Shown piece after piece: positions 1-13,654 of a stretch of DNA of 64,000 bases. Both the position numbers and the translations under genes were made by a program. Numbering within the stretch: position 1 is the first letter of the stretch; every line of letters starts with the position of its first letter. The notes under the pieces are model-generated. The model had not been told where the DNA came from. It saw only the letters and a list, made by a program, of their open reading frames with translations, and did no database searches. Source of the stretch: Lingula anatina (lineage: Eukaryota; Animalia; Brachiopoda); NCBI GenBank assembly GCA_051362555.1, contig CM120640.1, forward strand, positions 8,060,001 to 8,124,000. Reading direction: 5' to 3'.

Positions 1-639
1 ATAATATGATTGAAAATACTGATTGAATTCTTGGCCTTGCACTGGGCAGTTTCACATTTGTGCTAAGTGCTTTTTTTTGGACTCCATTGTACAGTGGTAA
101 AAGTTCTTCAATTGCCATGAAGGTTTTTAATCAGACTCTGTATGGTGCTGCTATCTGCTGGTGCTATCGGCAACGAATTGTTTTGCCTTTGTTTCTGAGT
201 GAATCTACCGTCTAAAATCACTATTTCTGAAAATATGTGCGTTTTGCTGAGGGTAGGCTTGGCAATACACGGCAAACTTCTTAGTACGTGTGTACAACAG
301 AATTTTTTTTAATACCCTAGCGATATTTGGTCAGGAGTTGCTTGAAGCAAAGCACAGCGTTGCTGTCGATCGGCATCAGGCCGTTAGTTTGTCAATTATC
401 ACGAACAACCCACGAATCGCGAACCCATTCATTTTCCTATGGCAATCTAGCAACTCATTAAAAGTGCACGCATGCGCAGTGGGCTAAGCGTGACGTCATG
501 CAGTGCATTTCTGGGGATGCACCGTTTTTAATATTTTGATAAAGTTCGTTACAGTATTGATAAACATAGAATCACGTTTTCAATAATTAATATTATAAAG
601 TACGATCCATGTCTTGTATTACGACGACCAAACAACAAC

Positions 640-803
640 GTTGAGTCAATGACCAATATACAACGTTGAGTCAACGTCAAATTATGACGGCGTTTTGATG
701 TGACTGGATCAACATTGATTGACGTTGAAATTAGGTAGATCAACGGCGATTCAACGTCCCAACCTGTTTTCAACGTTGATCCAATGTCACTCTGCCTGCT
801 GGG
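640..803. repeat. Repeat insertion rich in CAACGTTGA/ACGTTGA units that interrupts the second linker exon
   Basis: Similarity to the 4320-4195 exon stops at about 803. The sequence then switches to repeated (TC)AACGTTGA motifs and supplies the TGA at 787-789. Confidence 0.5.
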
Positions 804-3800
804 TTGTTGATGAGGTTGGATTAACAGGGCCTGCGCCATTACCTGAGGAAAAAACAACATGAAGATGAAATGCAAATAAACTGAACTCGACTAGCGAACT
901 ACTAGTAATGTGTAATATCATTTTTAGCATATACACTTTTATTTTCCAAAAAATAAATGATCTAAGGATGACCAATTACATGTAATGCATTGACGTGTTC
1001 TGTTAAAATATCAATATGATTCAAACCGTTCTACTTGTGCAGCAGATAATAATTCTGAGTCATATTCGTATCTACTACTCTACATTTACCAATTTTAGTG
1101 TGTGTATATTTCAAAAGAAAGAAAACATACCACAGCCAGTGAATGTTACATCGTCGATGGATACGACTTTACCAAAAGCAAAACCAGGCTTTATTTGAGC
1201 TTGAATCAGAACCTGAATAATGAATTGAAGTATGTATAAAACTACTCGCATACAACAGTAGATATAGCCCGAGTGACTAGATTTCAAAGTTACATTAACT
1301 TCATCAGATACTTCGAAATCAAAATGTTTTGTGTCCTTTGAAAGTAAAGGATATCGAAAAAGGAAAAAAATGATGAACAATAAAAAGCTAGCCTGAAACG
1401 GATACGGCCGCTTTCACAAACCTGAAAGTACCCTAGGTTTGAGAGAGAAGTGATATCAATTGGCCCACTGTATGTCCAACCTTTTCCTTTTACTTGGTGG
1501 GCCCATATTTGTTTTGTCTGTTGCATTGACCCTGTTTTCAAGTGTGCGGTTAATGATATTTGGTCACTGTTCATGTAATAATAAAATCCTATGCTACATG
1601 GAACATTTGTCTGAGGAATACGTGGTGATGTTATAATGACATGCCATAATGGCATATATCGCGAGAGGGTGAGAGTGTATTATTTGACATACATACCGAG
1701 AAAAAATACAGTCATTTCATCCTAAAACACCCCTAAAATCGAATAAAGTGACCCTATATCACGCTCTAGAGATGTTATACGAATAAACTCGTCCACGTGT
1801 TCTGGTCACCTCCCGCCAAATTCTTAGGTAATGTCTGACCAATTTGGCCAATTTTTGCTAAATACTTGTCGTGGACGTTCAACTGGCTTGAAAGGTATTT
1901 AATAAACAAGGAGCGTCGGACCGGACTATAATTTTTCACAAGTGCAAAGGAGAAAGAAATTTACTTTTTGGTGATATTTCTGACAACGATGCAGTTCCGG
2001 AATATAGTCAAAATCAGACGGATGTTTATTACAAGTTCACGGGAGTAATAATTCTAGTTTTTATTGTTATTTCTGACGACGAGGCGGTTACAGTATATAG
2101 TCAAAATCAAATGGATGTTTATTTCGAGTCCACAAGAGTAACAATTTTACGTTTTGGTGACATTTTTTACTACGAGCCGGTTTCGGAATATGCATGTGCT
2201 AGTTTTCAGAGCATTCATGTGCTACATGTAATTGCAAGTTCAAAGGGGGAATATATTTGATTTTTACCGATATATCTGATAAAGAGGAAGAAGAACAGCT
2301 TAAAAACAAAAGGTAAATAACACAACCCTCGTTAAAAAGTTATAGATTTACAAATAATTTGTATGCACGTGTGGCTTAAATGTAAACGAATTCCCGTTTT
2401 CGAACCATACCCATATGATATGACTTAGTAATAAAATTATAAATAATAATTGTTAAACATGAAAAGTTTATGCTAATTTTTTAAGAGTGTGAGAGATTTT
2501 ACATTTGTCTACTGGTAGTTATATAACGCAAGCAACGTACAATGTAACTATTCTCTTGATGCCAAGAAGGTCGCATGATCACTCTGTATTTGGCTTTCAG
2601 CATTTAAGAGACCTCGACTGATATAACCAAGATGTAGTCGTGGAATTCTAGACTACATCGAGGTTAAATCCGAGTTTTCCGAGAGACGCTACGCAGAAAT
2701 GTCGAGTGAAGCGAGATCTTTTTGGGTAGCGGCTCGAGGTTGCCTTCGATCTTCACTGAAGCTTGGCTAAATGGACAGGCTTCAGTGATCATCATATCGC
2801 CACGGTCATATAACATCCCTAGGTATGTATTATTTCACATACAGTCACACACACACGCACGCAAGCAGACAGACAGACACACACACACACACAAACAGAG
2901 AGAGGGGTAGAGAAAAAAAAACACCTTTTGAGCCAAATGTGTGATCTTTAGTTGGTAATCCTTGATTCCATCCAATCTGTTGCCATTTAAATCTGTCTTC
3001 ATCTGAAGACAACAAGTACCCACAAAAGGATCCATCAAAATTACACGTAACTCCATCACCTGAAAATAAGTCAATAGTTTCACTTCCATGATCAGGCTAT
3101 ATCGTTTGCATTAAAATGCTACTCGGAGAGGTGTAAAAATTATTATTCATCTGGAGGAAAGTATTACTTCTATACGACTAAGCATTTCAAATATTAACCA
3201 TTTCATTTGCATGGTAGAGGTGTGCGCAGTCAAATACATGTGTATGGCCGACCCACTTGAATGCTTCCGCACGGGAATCTATTTAAAGGGCAGTGTCTAT
3301 AAGCGGATTAGACGGCAAGCTATTTATTGGGTCGCCATATTTGACCCGCAGACTAGTTAGTCCAGTTCAGAATGCGGCCATATATGTATAAAATATGTGT
3401 TTGTAATACAAATGTAGAAATCATTGCAATTAGAATGGGTAAGAAGGTATAGATAAAGTACGAGGCGCTGAGCTTTACGCGAAATAGAGCAGATAATTGG
3501 CGAGGCGAAGCGTAAAGCTCAGCGCCGAGTGCCTTATCTGGCTTAAAGCACGAGTAATTAACCCTGTGCACTGGTGCGTGGAATGCATTCGTGGATGACG
3601 TGACTTTACACGAAATAAAGCACGGCGCGTCCCATTGTCTTTTGACAGGAGAGTGCTTTAAAACATGTTGATAAGACTCTTTTTATGATGTCTATTCATC
3701 TTTTAGCAGTTAAACACAAAGGGCTAATACATGCTTGTCATATCTCAATTGAGAGCACAATTAACGAATGGACGCACACTTGTAGCTCACAAACAGACAA

Positions 3801-6438
3801 CCTAGCAAGACAGCAAGGACGGGGCGTCAGGACCCATATAGGTAGCCGGTACAATTGCTATATCTTTGATAATTTCCAACAGAGACATTTTACATCAGTT
3901 GACTTCATAGATAAAAAAGCTATGAGGATATGTAATAAAAACAGGTTTATTGCTATAAATATGATTCTCTAAACAGTTGGGACTGGAAGATTCCTTAACT
4001 ACTTATCCGGCCTTAAAAAAATAGCGTTAACCGCAGAATAATTAAACTTTTTCATTTTTTATAGATAAGGGGTGTTCTACAATCCAATTTATTTCAAACA
4101 TAATTCAGCAGAAGCGCAGATATTTGCATAAAAACTTACGTCAAACAAAGAAAGCAAATTAATATTTACTCATAATCGGAAACAAGTATATTACCTGAAA
4201 AAGAAGTTGGCGTCGAGGTAGTAATTTTCATCGAATTTGTCGTACTAGATGTGGTGGAAGGCGTGGTCGTAGTTTTAAGAGTTGTTGATGAGGTTGGATT
4301 AACAGGGCCTGCGCCATTGCCTAGGAAAACAACAACAGGATGATGAAATGCAAATAAACTGAACTCGACTAGGGAACTACATGTACTAGTAATGTGTGAT
4401 ATCATTATTAGCAGATACACTTTTATTTTCCAATATAAAAGAATCGACCTAAGGATGACCAATTCCATGTAATGCATTGACGTGTTCTGTTAAAATATCA
4501 ATATGATTCAAACCGTTCTACTTGTGCAGCAGAGAATAATCCTTTTTCATATTAATATCCACTACTCTACATCTGCCCATTTTAAGTACACGCCTCCCCA
4601 TGTGTCGTCCCAATGGAGCCGAGATATAATGACTGTCCCCCCGCAGGGAGGACGTGTGGGGAGGCGTGTTGAGAGGCGGAGAGACTATTAAAAGATTAGG
4701 CGGTTTTTCTTTCATGTACGACCGCCATATTTAGTCCCCAGGATTTGTAAAGCCTGGCTCAACTCGTTGTGGATGCGATCATAGTGTGTGTATATTTCAA
4801 AGAAAGAAAACGTACCACAGCCAGTGAATGTTACATCGTCGATGGATACGATCGTACTAAAAGCATTACCAGGCTTTATTTGGGCTTGAATCAGTACCTG
4901 AATAGTAAATATAATGATGCATAAAACTACTCGTATACAACAGTAGATATAACCCGATTGACTATAGATTTCCAAGTTGCATTAACTTCATGAGATACTT
5001 CGAAATCAAAATCTTTTGTGTCCTTTGAAAGTAAGGGATACCGAAAAAGGAAAAAAAGATTAACAATAAAAAGCTAGCCTGAAACGGATACGGCCGCTTT
5101 CACATACCTGAAAGTCCCCTAGGTTGGAGAAAGAAGTGATGTTAATTGGTCCACTGTATGTCCACATATTCCTTTTTACTTGGTGGGCCCATATTTGTTT
5201 TGTCTCTTGCATTGTCGCTGTTTTCAAGTGTGCGGTTAATGATATTTGGTCACTGTTCATGTAATAATAAAATCCTATGCTACATGGAGCATTTGCCTGA
5301 GAAATACGTGGTGATGTTATAATTGCTTTCTGGTTTCCAGCAGCACCACTTGTCCACTTGACTGTAAGGAACTGACCATTAGGACCTTGGGTACGAAAAC
5401 AAAAATGTTATCCATAAAACGTTGTCGTGCAATGGAGTGTGGAAAAATTATATAATAACCCTTTCGAGCCAGCCTTTGATTTCAATGCAGTTTCCAATAG
5501 ACAGAGCAGATTTCTAAGGGTATCAGAACATTTGCACTAAACCTTTTCACATACAGTCACACAGACGCGCCCCCCCCCCCCCCCACACACACACACAAAG
5601 AGAGGGGGAGAAAAAATACCTTTTGTGCCAACTGTGTGGTCTTCAGTTGGTAATCCCTTATTTCTTCCAATCTGTTGCCATTTAAATCTATCTTCATCTG
5701 CAGACAACGAGTACCCACAAAAGGATCCATCAAAATTACATGTGGCTCCTTTACCTGAAAATTACAAGAAAGGTCTCACGTCGACTGAAGCTACGTGTGT
5801 ACATGTATATCGTTTGTGTTAACCTCTATATCAAACTTGACCATTTCATGTGCATGGTTGGGTGTGGGCGGACTTTGACGAATCCCACTGTATTGCCTTA
5901 AATATAAATACGCAATTGTTAACACGCGTTTATGAAACAGATGTAGAAAACATTACAGTTTAAAAATGTGTAAGAAACTTTAGACTCTTTCTTTCTGATA
6001 CGTATTCACCTTTTGGCAATTAAAGACAAAGGAGCAATGCTTGTTACACATGCACTGCATCTCCACAATCATAGGTTCAGATAGATATCCGACATAGAGC
6101 ACAATTAACAAACAGACGCACTGACAACAAACATATACTCGAGCGTACGGCAAGGGCGAGGCTGAAGGAGTGACCGGTACGACTGCTAAGTCACATAATT
6201 TCCATCAGAGACATTATACCAGAGATGGCTATAACATAGTGAGCAAAGGGGATATAAAATGTGAAATACACCGAAGAGAACGAAACCAACTAATCTCTTC
6301 GATATTTTAAGAGATCAGTCCAAATGCCCTTGTCACAAATCGTCCCCGATAGTGCTCATACTTACCAAGAGCGTTTTTTGCACAGGAAAGCACCATCGCA
6401 GCGCTTATTAGCAGCGTGTTAATCATCTTGATCCCCAT
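787..6438 (-). CDS. Secreted MAM-domain protein (signal peptide, MAM, Thr-rich linker, second damaged MAM module)
   Basis: Exons with GT-AG boundaries: 6438-6366 (MGIKMINTLLISAAMVLSCAKNAL, signal peptide); 5754-5620 (CNFDGSFCG..FKWQQ..PTEDHTVG); 5385-5108 (AIITSPRI..CSIGFYYYM..IW); 4897-4816 (IVSIDDVTFTGC); 4320-4195 (S/T-rich linker). A duplicated set follows: 3059-2925, about 1637-1421 (5'-truncated), 1212-1131 and 842-787. CxFD..C, W, P.DHT.G, SP, CxxFxY and IDDV..C are MAM hallmark motifs. The gene may continue beyond the left edge. Confidence 0.85.
1638..2830. mobile_element. About 1.2-kb insertion replacing the acceptor and 5' part of the second MAM exon B; contains roughly 93-bp tandem repeats (about 1960-2285)
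   Basis: Absent from the paralogous module, where about 5325-5545 holds the acceptor and intron instead. The internal unit TTTTGGTGATATTTCTGACnACGA..ATATAGTCAAAATCA..GGATGTTTATT occurs 2-3 times. Confidence 0.55.
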
Positions 6439-9400
6439 TATTCTCCCTCGCGCAGTCTCTGTCAGACCAGAACAGAGGGGAGTGGTGGTCTGCCGAAGTG
6501 TCCCAGTTTAGACACAACAAGGGGTGGCACGGGGAGCCCGGTTCTCAGCTATCTCAGCAGTACATATTTTATTTTGTTGACCTTCACGATAAAGAGGCGG
6601 GATTTTATAAGATTTCCTAACTGGACTCAAATATCGTTTTTCATGAGATGTCATATCGTGTTTTGTTATTAAATTATAAGCAATATAATCTCAGAGAGGG
6701 CGAATCTGACAGGATATTATGGAAAAGGTGTTATTTCAACACATATGTTTAATCCTTGAAAGGAACTTTGCTTGCTTTTTTTTAAATCTGGGGGCTAGCT
6801 GGTTTGTCAATTATTAATATAAAGTAAGCATCAGTGCACTTCAAAAGATCAAACCTACACATCGTCTCAGTAAATAATGGGAACTGCGACCTTGAGGATA
6901 TATGTAACTAAGGCCCTTTAAATCCATCCAGCACTGAACATAAGCGTTTGATTTTTTGTTTTTTTCAACAAAAGTTATGACCACTCATTATATCAGGGTC
7001 TCGCAAGACATCATCAAAATGAGGCTGTGGTTGTTAGAATAATCTCTACCCAGATGTACAGCTACCGGTAGTGTAGTTTACCTGTGTTGAAAGAAACATT
7101 ATGATCTAAAAGCCATATTTTGTAATACACTAAGCCATCATCATAATGACAGCTACGAAGGAGCGGTTGATACATTCAAGTTACTATACTAGGATTCAAA
7201 TGCACCAAATAATCTCCTAACCGCATTCATGCTCTAATCTCCATGTCGTTATCGCCAAAGCAGGGCTCGTTGGTGCTAGGCGCTACCACCTAGACACTGT
7301 CCTTGCACAATATGATAACGCGTGTGTATAAGGTGATCATACAATAAGACACTATGTCATTTACGATAACAGTAGATGCTACACTGTTTTCTGAAAGATT
7401 CAGGGGGTGGGTAGCCCACCCACTCCCTTTTCCCATTCAAATACCGGAATTGGGTGTGTCCCTTACCGAAAGAGTAGACCTACTGGTCTGAGACCCACAA
7501 AAATACTGTTAAATACCCCAAATGTCCATATATTTCCCTAATGTCTCATAACCTGGATCCCCTAGTGTTCTACCAGTCCCCCCAAACCCCCGCGGATAAC
7601 AGGTGTATGCTTAACATAAAGAGATGACAACTCTTCACTTTGGCGGAAAAAGTGCCATAAAACGGATTTCTGGGAGTAAAGACAATTTACCATACTTTCC
7701 AAGGGTTAATGAATCCGTTCGACATTCAAAGTGAATCGATTAAGTGTGGTTAGTGGTAATAACCATTTTGGAGAATTTTACGGAAGGTTGCCATCTATGA
7801 AGGTCCACGTGGTCCATTGGCAAGCTCAGATTCTAGAATGCTTGCGATAACCGCGGTTTTGGTTGTAAAATGGAATTTATTATACTTCTATGTGTTGTTT
7901 ATAATGTATTTATCGTGGACTTTTGAATCTCATGTGAAGAGTTGTTATCCCTTTAATATACTGGGGGCAGTGGTAATAAAGACGCCACGGTACCTTAGTC
8001 ACTCAAAAGATACATGTAATACAATTAATGATCTACATATCACAACTGCTGTATGTAGAACAGTTTAAATGTGTTTTGATATTTTTTTCTGTATATTTGC
8101 AAGCCGCTCCCGTTTCTTAGCGATTTGTTAATTCTCCATTTTTGTAGATGTGTGGTGTTTGGTTAATTCCTTCTTGTTCTTTGGAGCAGATTAATAGCAC
8201 AAAAAATAGCCCACGCCAAACGATAGATATAGCAGTTGCATGACTTGACGCGCTTGTCATGGCTTCGCCACGTGTCTGAACATCATCAACCACGTGCTAT
8301 ACAGGTATGTTTCATACTCTATATACATTTTCCAGGCATGAGCGCACCATCTATTATTTTGTTTCTTTTACTAATTTTATTACATTCTATAATGACAGTT
8401 TCCAGATAAGGCGAGGGGTTGGTTCCGGGAAGCAGAATATATGTAAATGATTAAGTACTTTGAGACATAAAGGACAATGACCAGGATCAGTTGGGATGAT
8501 ATTAATAATAAAGAGAAGTGTTGGGAAAGTGAAGAATGAAGGGCAGAGGCGTTTTGGAGAGCAAAAAGACAGAAAACGGAACCGAGTGTTCATGTCGTGA
8601 GAAGGCCTAGTGAGAAAAGGGAAATGACAAATGAAATGAAAGGTCAGAGAGGGGTTGGCGGATGAGGTGTGTGAGTTGTCGGTGGCCAGAAAAGAAAGAC
8701 TGGAAATATATAGAATAGGTGGACGAAAGCGATCACCAACGTTCGGAGTTATGGCGTCGCATGGTGATGATGGAGTACTTAGAAAATATGCTCAAACTCT
8801 GCAGCTTTTCAGCTTTCAGATTTTCATCGGATTTTTAAAAGAAATAATAGATAATGAAATGAAAGAACGGAAGAGTCTATATTTTTCATATTTTCATATA
8901 ATCCCCCCTTCGCCTAAAGCTGAAATAGTAAGAATGGTCTCCTGCAATGTGTTAGGTGAGAGCCAATACTAAATGATACGATTTTCACTTCTTTTCCTCG
9001 CACAGTCGTATATTCCATTGCGTGAACGCATTCGTTGTCACAGCTCCATCGGCTCCAATAGGATAACGGTCTAAAGCACTTGTGGATCCATAATTTGAGT
9101 AAAGGGAAAGGGGGCAGAGTCAATAGCAAATAGAACACAGCTGACGAGGGCTCCTTCTAGGACACAGGGAATTAAAATTGCTCAGTTTGGCGTTGTGTCT
9201 TGAGGGGAAAAGGGGGATGCCTGGGAAGGATGGGTCGGGGGACCGGGGGCACGTATTCCGCTGTGACCTCTCCTCTTCATCTACATGTACCTTAACCTTG
9301 TTACAGATCTATATCCCGACTGTGTGTTGTTCTCCCGGTGGTATACCTATTAAAGATGAATTTTATATTTTAGTTTAGTGATTATAAATATTTTGGAAGT

Positions 9401-10164
9401 GGGTTTACTAGTTAAAAGTACATGTTACTTTTAATTTAACTGAGTTTTTTTAATCTTTATGGTAGCCAGTGTTGACTTATATGTACATGTAAATTTGTAA
9501 ACTTTACAGTCATCGGAGGCAATTTCTAAAATATTTCAACTAAGAAACTCTATAACATAGTATTACATAGTATTATTTATTTATTTATTTTTCAATTGCA
9601 ATTCTACATGTAGGCCTATGTAGATAAAGACAGAGAAAATAAAGGACCCTAAGGTCTGCCGTCGGATTAGAACCCCCGGGGGTGAGTAAAAAAAATCACG
9701 TGCTGTCGTATATTAAGAACCACAATTAATTTGCCAGATATTCTAGAGTGAGACAGACAGCACACAAAATGTGCCATGGTAACCTGCATAGAGTCACATT
9801 CTAAGTCGTGGTGCACTGAAGGAAATAGCTGAACACCTACAAAAATCTTTTTTAATGGAAACAGTACTTACGTGGAGTTTGCCTTAATTAACTGTGATTT
9901 TAATGAGAAAAAAAGCAATGAAAAGTCTTCATTGTATTTTTGTTATATTAATATAGTGAAAATTATGCATCTGTCGAGTACATTGACGGGGACTTAATTA
10001 GCTATACCGACAATGTAATATTCAGATTTAAAACTTCACAAAACCAGATAAAATAGTAATGCAAACCAGATCTCAGGAAAAATTCAAAGACTCATATCTA
10101 AATTTTGAATTGGCACCCAGCCTTATGCTAGATCAAATTTTACCCAAAATGGACATTTTCCTGA

Positions 10165-10215
10165 CAAAAAGGGCGGTTCTTTCGAACCCCCCGAACCCCC
10201 CTGGCTACGGGCCTG
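10165..10215. mobile_element. Solo terminus of the same MITE family as 31100-31278
   Basis: Ends in CCCCCCTGGCTACGGGCCTG, the same terminal repeat as the 31.1-kb element. Confidence 0.6.
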
Positions 10216-11815
10216 TTATGTCTGTTATTTAAAACTGACTATGGTAAAAGATGATAAAGTTATCATTTAAAAAGACAGAAATACGTATCTTAATTTCATA
10301 CTCCTGTAAAGTTTTGACAGACAGGCGACTTAACGCTTATTATCATTCTATTTTTTTAGCTTTCTAGTCATACATACAAAGACTGATTTTACACTGTTGT
10401 TCTGTTTTTGACATTCGCGTCAATTCAGCACGTAATTGGTTTAACAGACTTGCATAAATCATTTGAAACGCAAATCGCAGGCATACCGTAAGTATTTCTT
10501 GGCGTGCTTTAAATTCTCTCAGTGAAATGTTCCTTCAATAATTAAAGTTAAGTAAGATATTGTAATGAACTATTTGTTTTGACGGAACCGGTGCATTCGA
10601 GTCACGTGGCTGATTGACGTTAGTCAATGCGGTATACTCTCTGTCAATGCATAGTAGATTGAGCAGCAATCACTTTTACTTGATTAATGGGGTCATTAAT
10701 TATGATTGGAATGCTTTAACATTGATGAATAGGATCTCTTGCACTGGAACAAAGTCGTAAGAGTCGTGTCAGCATACACTATGTATGCAGTACTTTCAAA
10801 TGTGTTAGACTGAGTTTGAATTGTATTTTCATGATTAATTATTATTCAGTGAGTTGCTTTTTCGTCTTGGGCATTTGGTCGTGCAGTTTGCACTTCTATC
10901 AGTAGGGTATTACCAATTCACTGCACTGTTGCCTCACTAGATCTAGAGTTCTAGATGCATCATTAACGGAACAACAAGATTGTTCAAATGTTTCTAGGAA
11001 CTTCACATGTGTTGCCGTGTGATGTTTTCCCTAAATACTAATAAATTACTTTACATATATTCTAAAGAAACATTTTGGTTGGGAACCAAACCCATAGCTA
11101 AGGTTGGGCCAAAAGTGGGCGGATTAGGGGTTTCTTTGAAGTTTTGAAGAATGGTGGACCAATAGGGTAACCTAAGAAAGATTCGAAAGCTTCAAACTAT
11201 GGTTTGTGTGGCATTAATCCATTTGTGACATTATGTCTCCGTTTGCTGTAAAAACACTTGTTTCGAACCAAAGACTTCAAACCACAAAGGCGGCGTGCTC
11301 CTTTCCCCACCAAGCATTGGTCTGAAAACCGCATAGATAATATCCACCTATCAAAATGGGCATGGTTATTAGTTTTTTGCACGGAAACACCCCAGAATCA
11401 CAGCATACCCAAGTTGTTCAGACCATTAATAGTCTAGCACACCTCGTACTCACCCAGGGTCGCCCGTTTCACACCGGCAGGAAATCCGGGATACTCAGTT
11501 TTAATTAACTAATTGCCAAGAATCGCATTCACTTACGTAATCTTGGGGTTCGTTGACTGAGAATTTCTTACATGGGATGGAGACATTTACAGTGTGCTTG
11601 CTAATAGATATTAATCATCAGTCCTGATCCACTATTTCCTGTGCTCCAGTATACTTGCTTTCATTAGATGCTTGGCAAGCACTTATAGGTGTTTTATCAC
11701 AAATGATTAATACGTCATAAAAGGAAAGACATTATCTCCCCCCCCCCAAAAAAAAAAAAATAATAATTAATTAAATATGGTGCCCAAAATATTTACCGTT
11801 AAGGATAAAGACACC

Positions 11816-11816
<1 letters not shown>

Positions 11817-11876
<60 letters not shown>
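11817..11876. repeat. (TTA)n microsatellite
   Basis: About 19 perfect units; it produces the spurious poly-Tyr ORF. Confidence 0.95.
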
Positions 11877-11877
<1 letters not shown>

Positions 11878-13554
11878 TAGAAATTATAAATGCTTCATTT
11901 GCCACAGACTCATGCTTATTTATTTCCCAGTTATTTCTCTTTGCATTTTCTGCTCCAATTCACACAAATCGCTTCGTATTGAAACTAAATAATTATCTTG
12001 CATTATAAGTATTTTCAATGATCATTTCTGAAGAGGATCGAAATCAAGTAAAATAAAAAAAGAAATATGTATTAGTGTTGTTTCCAAAGGCATCTTCGTG
12101 AACTGAAATTGATAACTGGAAATTAAAGGCCAACAATACAAAACTGCCAAATATCGCCAGCTTATAAAAAGTAAGACTTCAGACACGGTTTAAACAGATA
12201 TCTGCAGAGTGTTAACGGTATGCAAACATTAAACTACCAGTTAAACCATGAGGCTTTACGTAAATATATATCAGGGTCAAGATCATGATAAAATGGCATT
12301 TTTTCCTCTTACAGTGCACATGTATGTACAACTGCCAACTCACTTACAGTATTTAACATTGTACGTGATATGCCATTAGCCAATGCACTCGCTTCATATT
12401 ATGAACTTTAATAGTTACTTCTTACATTGTTAAAACTGTAGCAGAGACCAAAGATAACTCAAAATGAAACATGAATGGCTGCAGATTACATACTGCCGTC
12501 ACCTGTTTTGTGTTCGGAGTGACCTTTCTCGACCAACATTGTAATAATTTACAGTGTTTTAAAGAAACATTTGACGGTTAGATAATGGGCATTGGCATAG
12601 TATACAGAGGGTTTTTGGTACACTTCTTTTAGTCCAATTGCTAGAAGAGTATTCAAGACGGACATGCAGTCTTCATAGTAGGCCTATTCCAGAAATTAGT
12701 GTCTCCTGATAAGTCGGCGTTTTTGCGTCATACATAGGTCCTTGCAAAGACAATTGTTAATCTATGCTGTAATTTGGTGCATAATCCATACGATTCATCT
12801 TGGCCTACGATATTAATCTTCATGTCCGTCACAGAGTACAATAGAGTAATAATTGTACATGTGGGTGGCAGTTTGAATTAACTATTTTTAACTATCTATT
12901 TTTTGACGCGGTGAATAGTGATAAATGATGAAAGATAACGCGCCATTTACAGAAAACAATAATTTGGAGAGTTTCTATGCAAAAATATCCATATGTAATA
13001 ATCTTACATCGCGCAATTTTTCAGCCACCAGGCAAGTGAGTAAATAATAGTACCAAGTGGGTTGTTCCCCCAAAACCATTGATCTTTATTTATTGTGCGA
13101 TGGAACATTAAGGTTTTCTTAATACCACTTTTCAAATCCATTTATAAACCATGTAAATATAACGTTACTTTTCCTATGAACTTGGTTTTCTTGGTGGTTT
13201 GTGGTTATTCCCGTCAACAGTCAAGGTTGGGGTCAACCCTTCTTAGAAATCGCAGACCCATTCATTAGTATGCCTTCCGGAGACCCGCTGCCATTGGTTA
13301 TTTCGTGTGACGCAACCGAAATATGTGGTGCCAGCATCCAATCAGGCATTGGCATCTGTGTTCTCCTTTGACCTAGACGATTTTGATCGGCCATGCTTTC
13401 TCTCACGCCTTCTTTTAACACTTCCAAGTGCCGTCCAGCAGCGACAAACTGAATGAACGAATTTACGTTTTCATCCTAATTAATTATTTTGATGTGTTTT
13501 GCGCGTGTCGTATATCAGAGGATAATGGTCGGAAGCCAGTGGCTGTTCTGGAGG

Positions 13555-13561
13555 TATAAAA
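13555..13561 (+). promoter_or_regulatory. TATA box of gene B
   Basis: TATAAAA about 100 nt upstream of the ATG at 13655. Confidence 0.6.
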
Positions 13562-13654
13562 TGCAGAATGATATGGTAGATAGGTGAGTTTTGCTCTTTG
13601 TCAATTTGAAGCGTATATTTGCAGTGGAAAGGAATTATTAAGGTTGACCAAAGG

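Noticed and set aside
640-790. CRISPR-like short repeats
   Set aside because: Eukaryotic context, irregular spacing, no constant repeat-spacer structure and no cas genes.
8387-9140. Possible degraded LINE on the minus strand
   Set aside because: Strand-biased composition and faint motifs only; not enough to call.
11777-11992. Poly-Tyr ORF (also the poly-Leu ORF at 16962 and poly-Lys ORF at 49359)
   Set aside because: Microsatellite or homopolymer artefacts.
13233-13427. 64-aa minus-strand ORF upstream of gene B
   Set aside because: Non-ATG start, no motif and no partner exons found.
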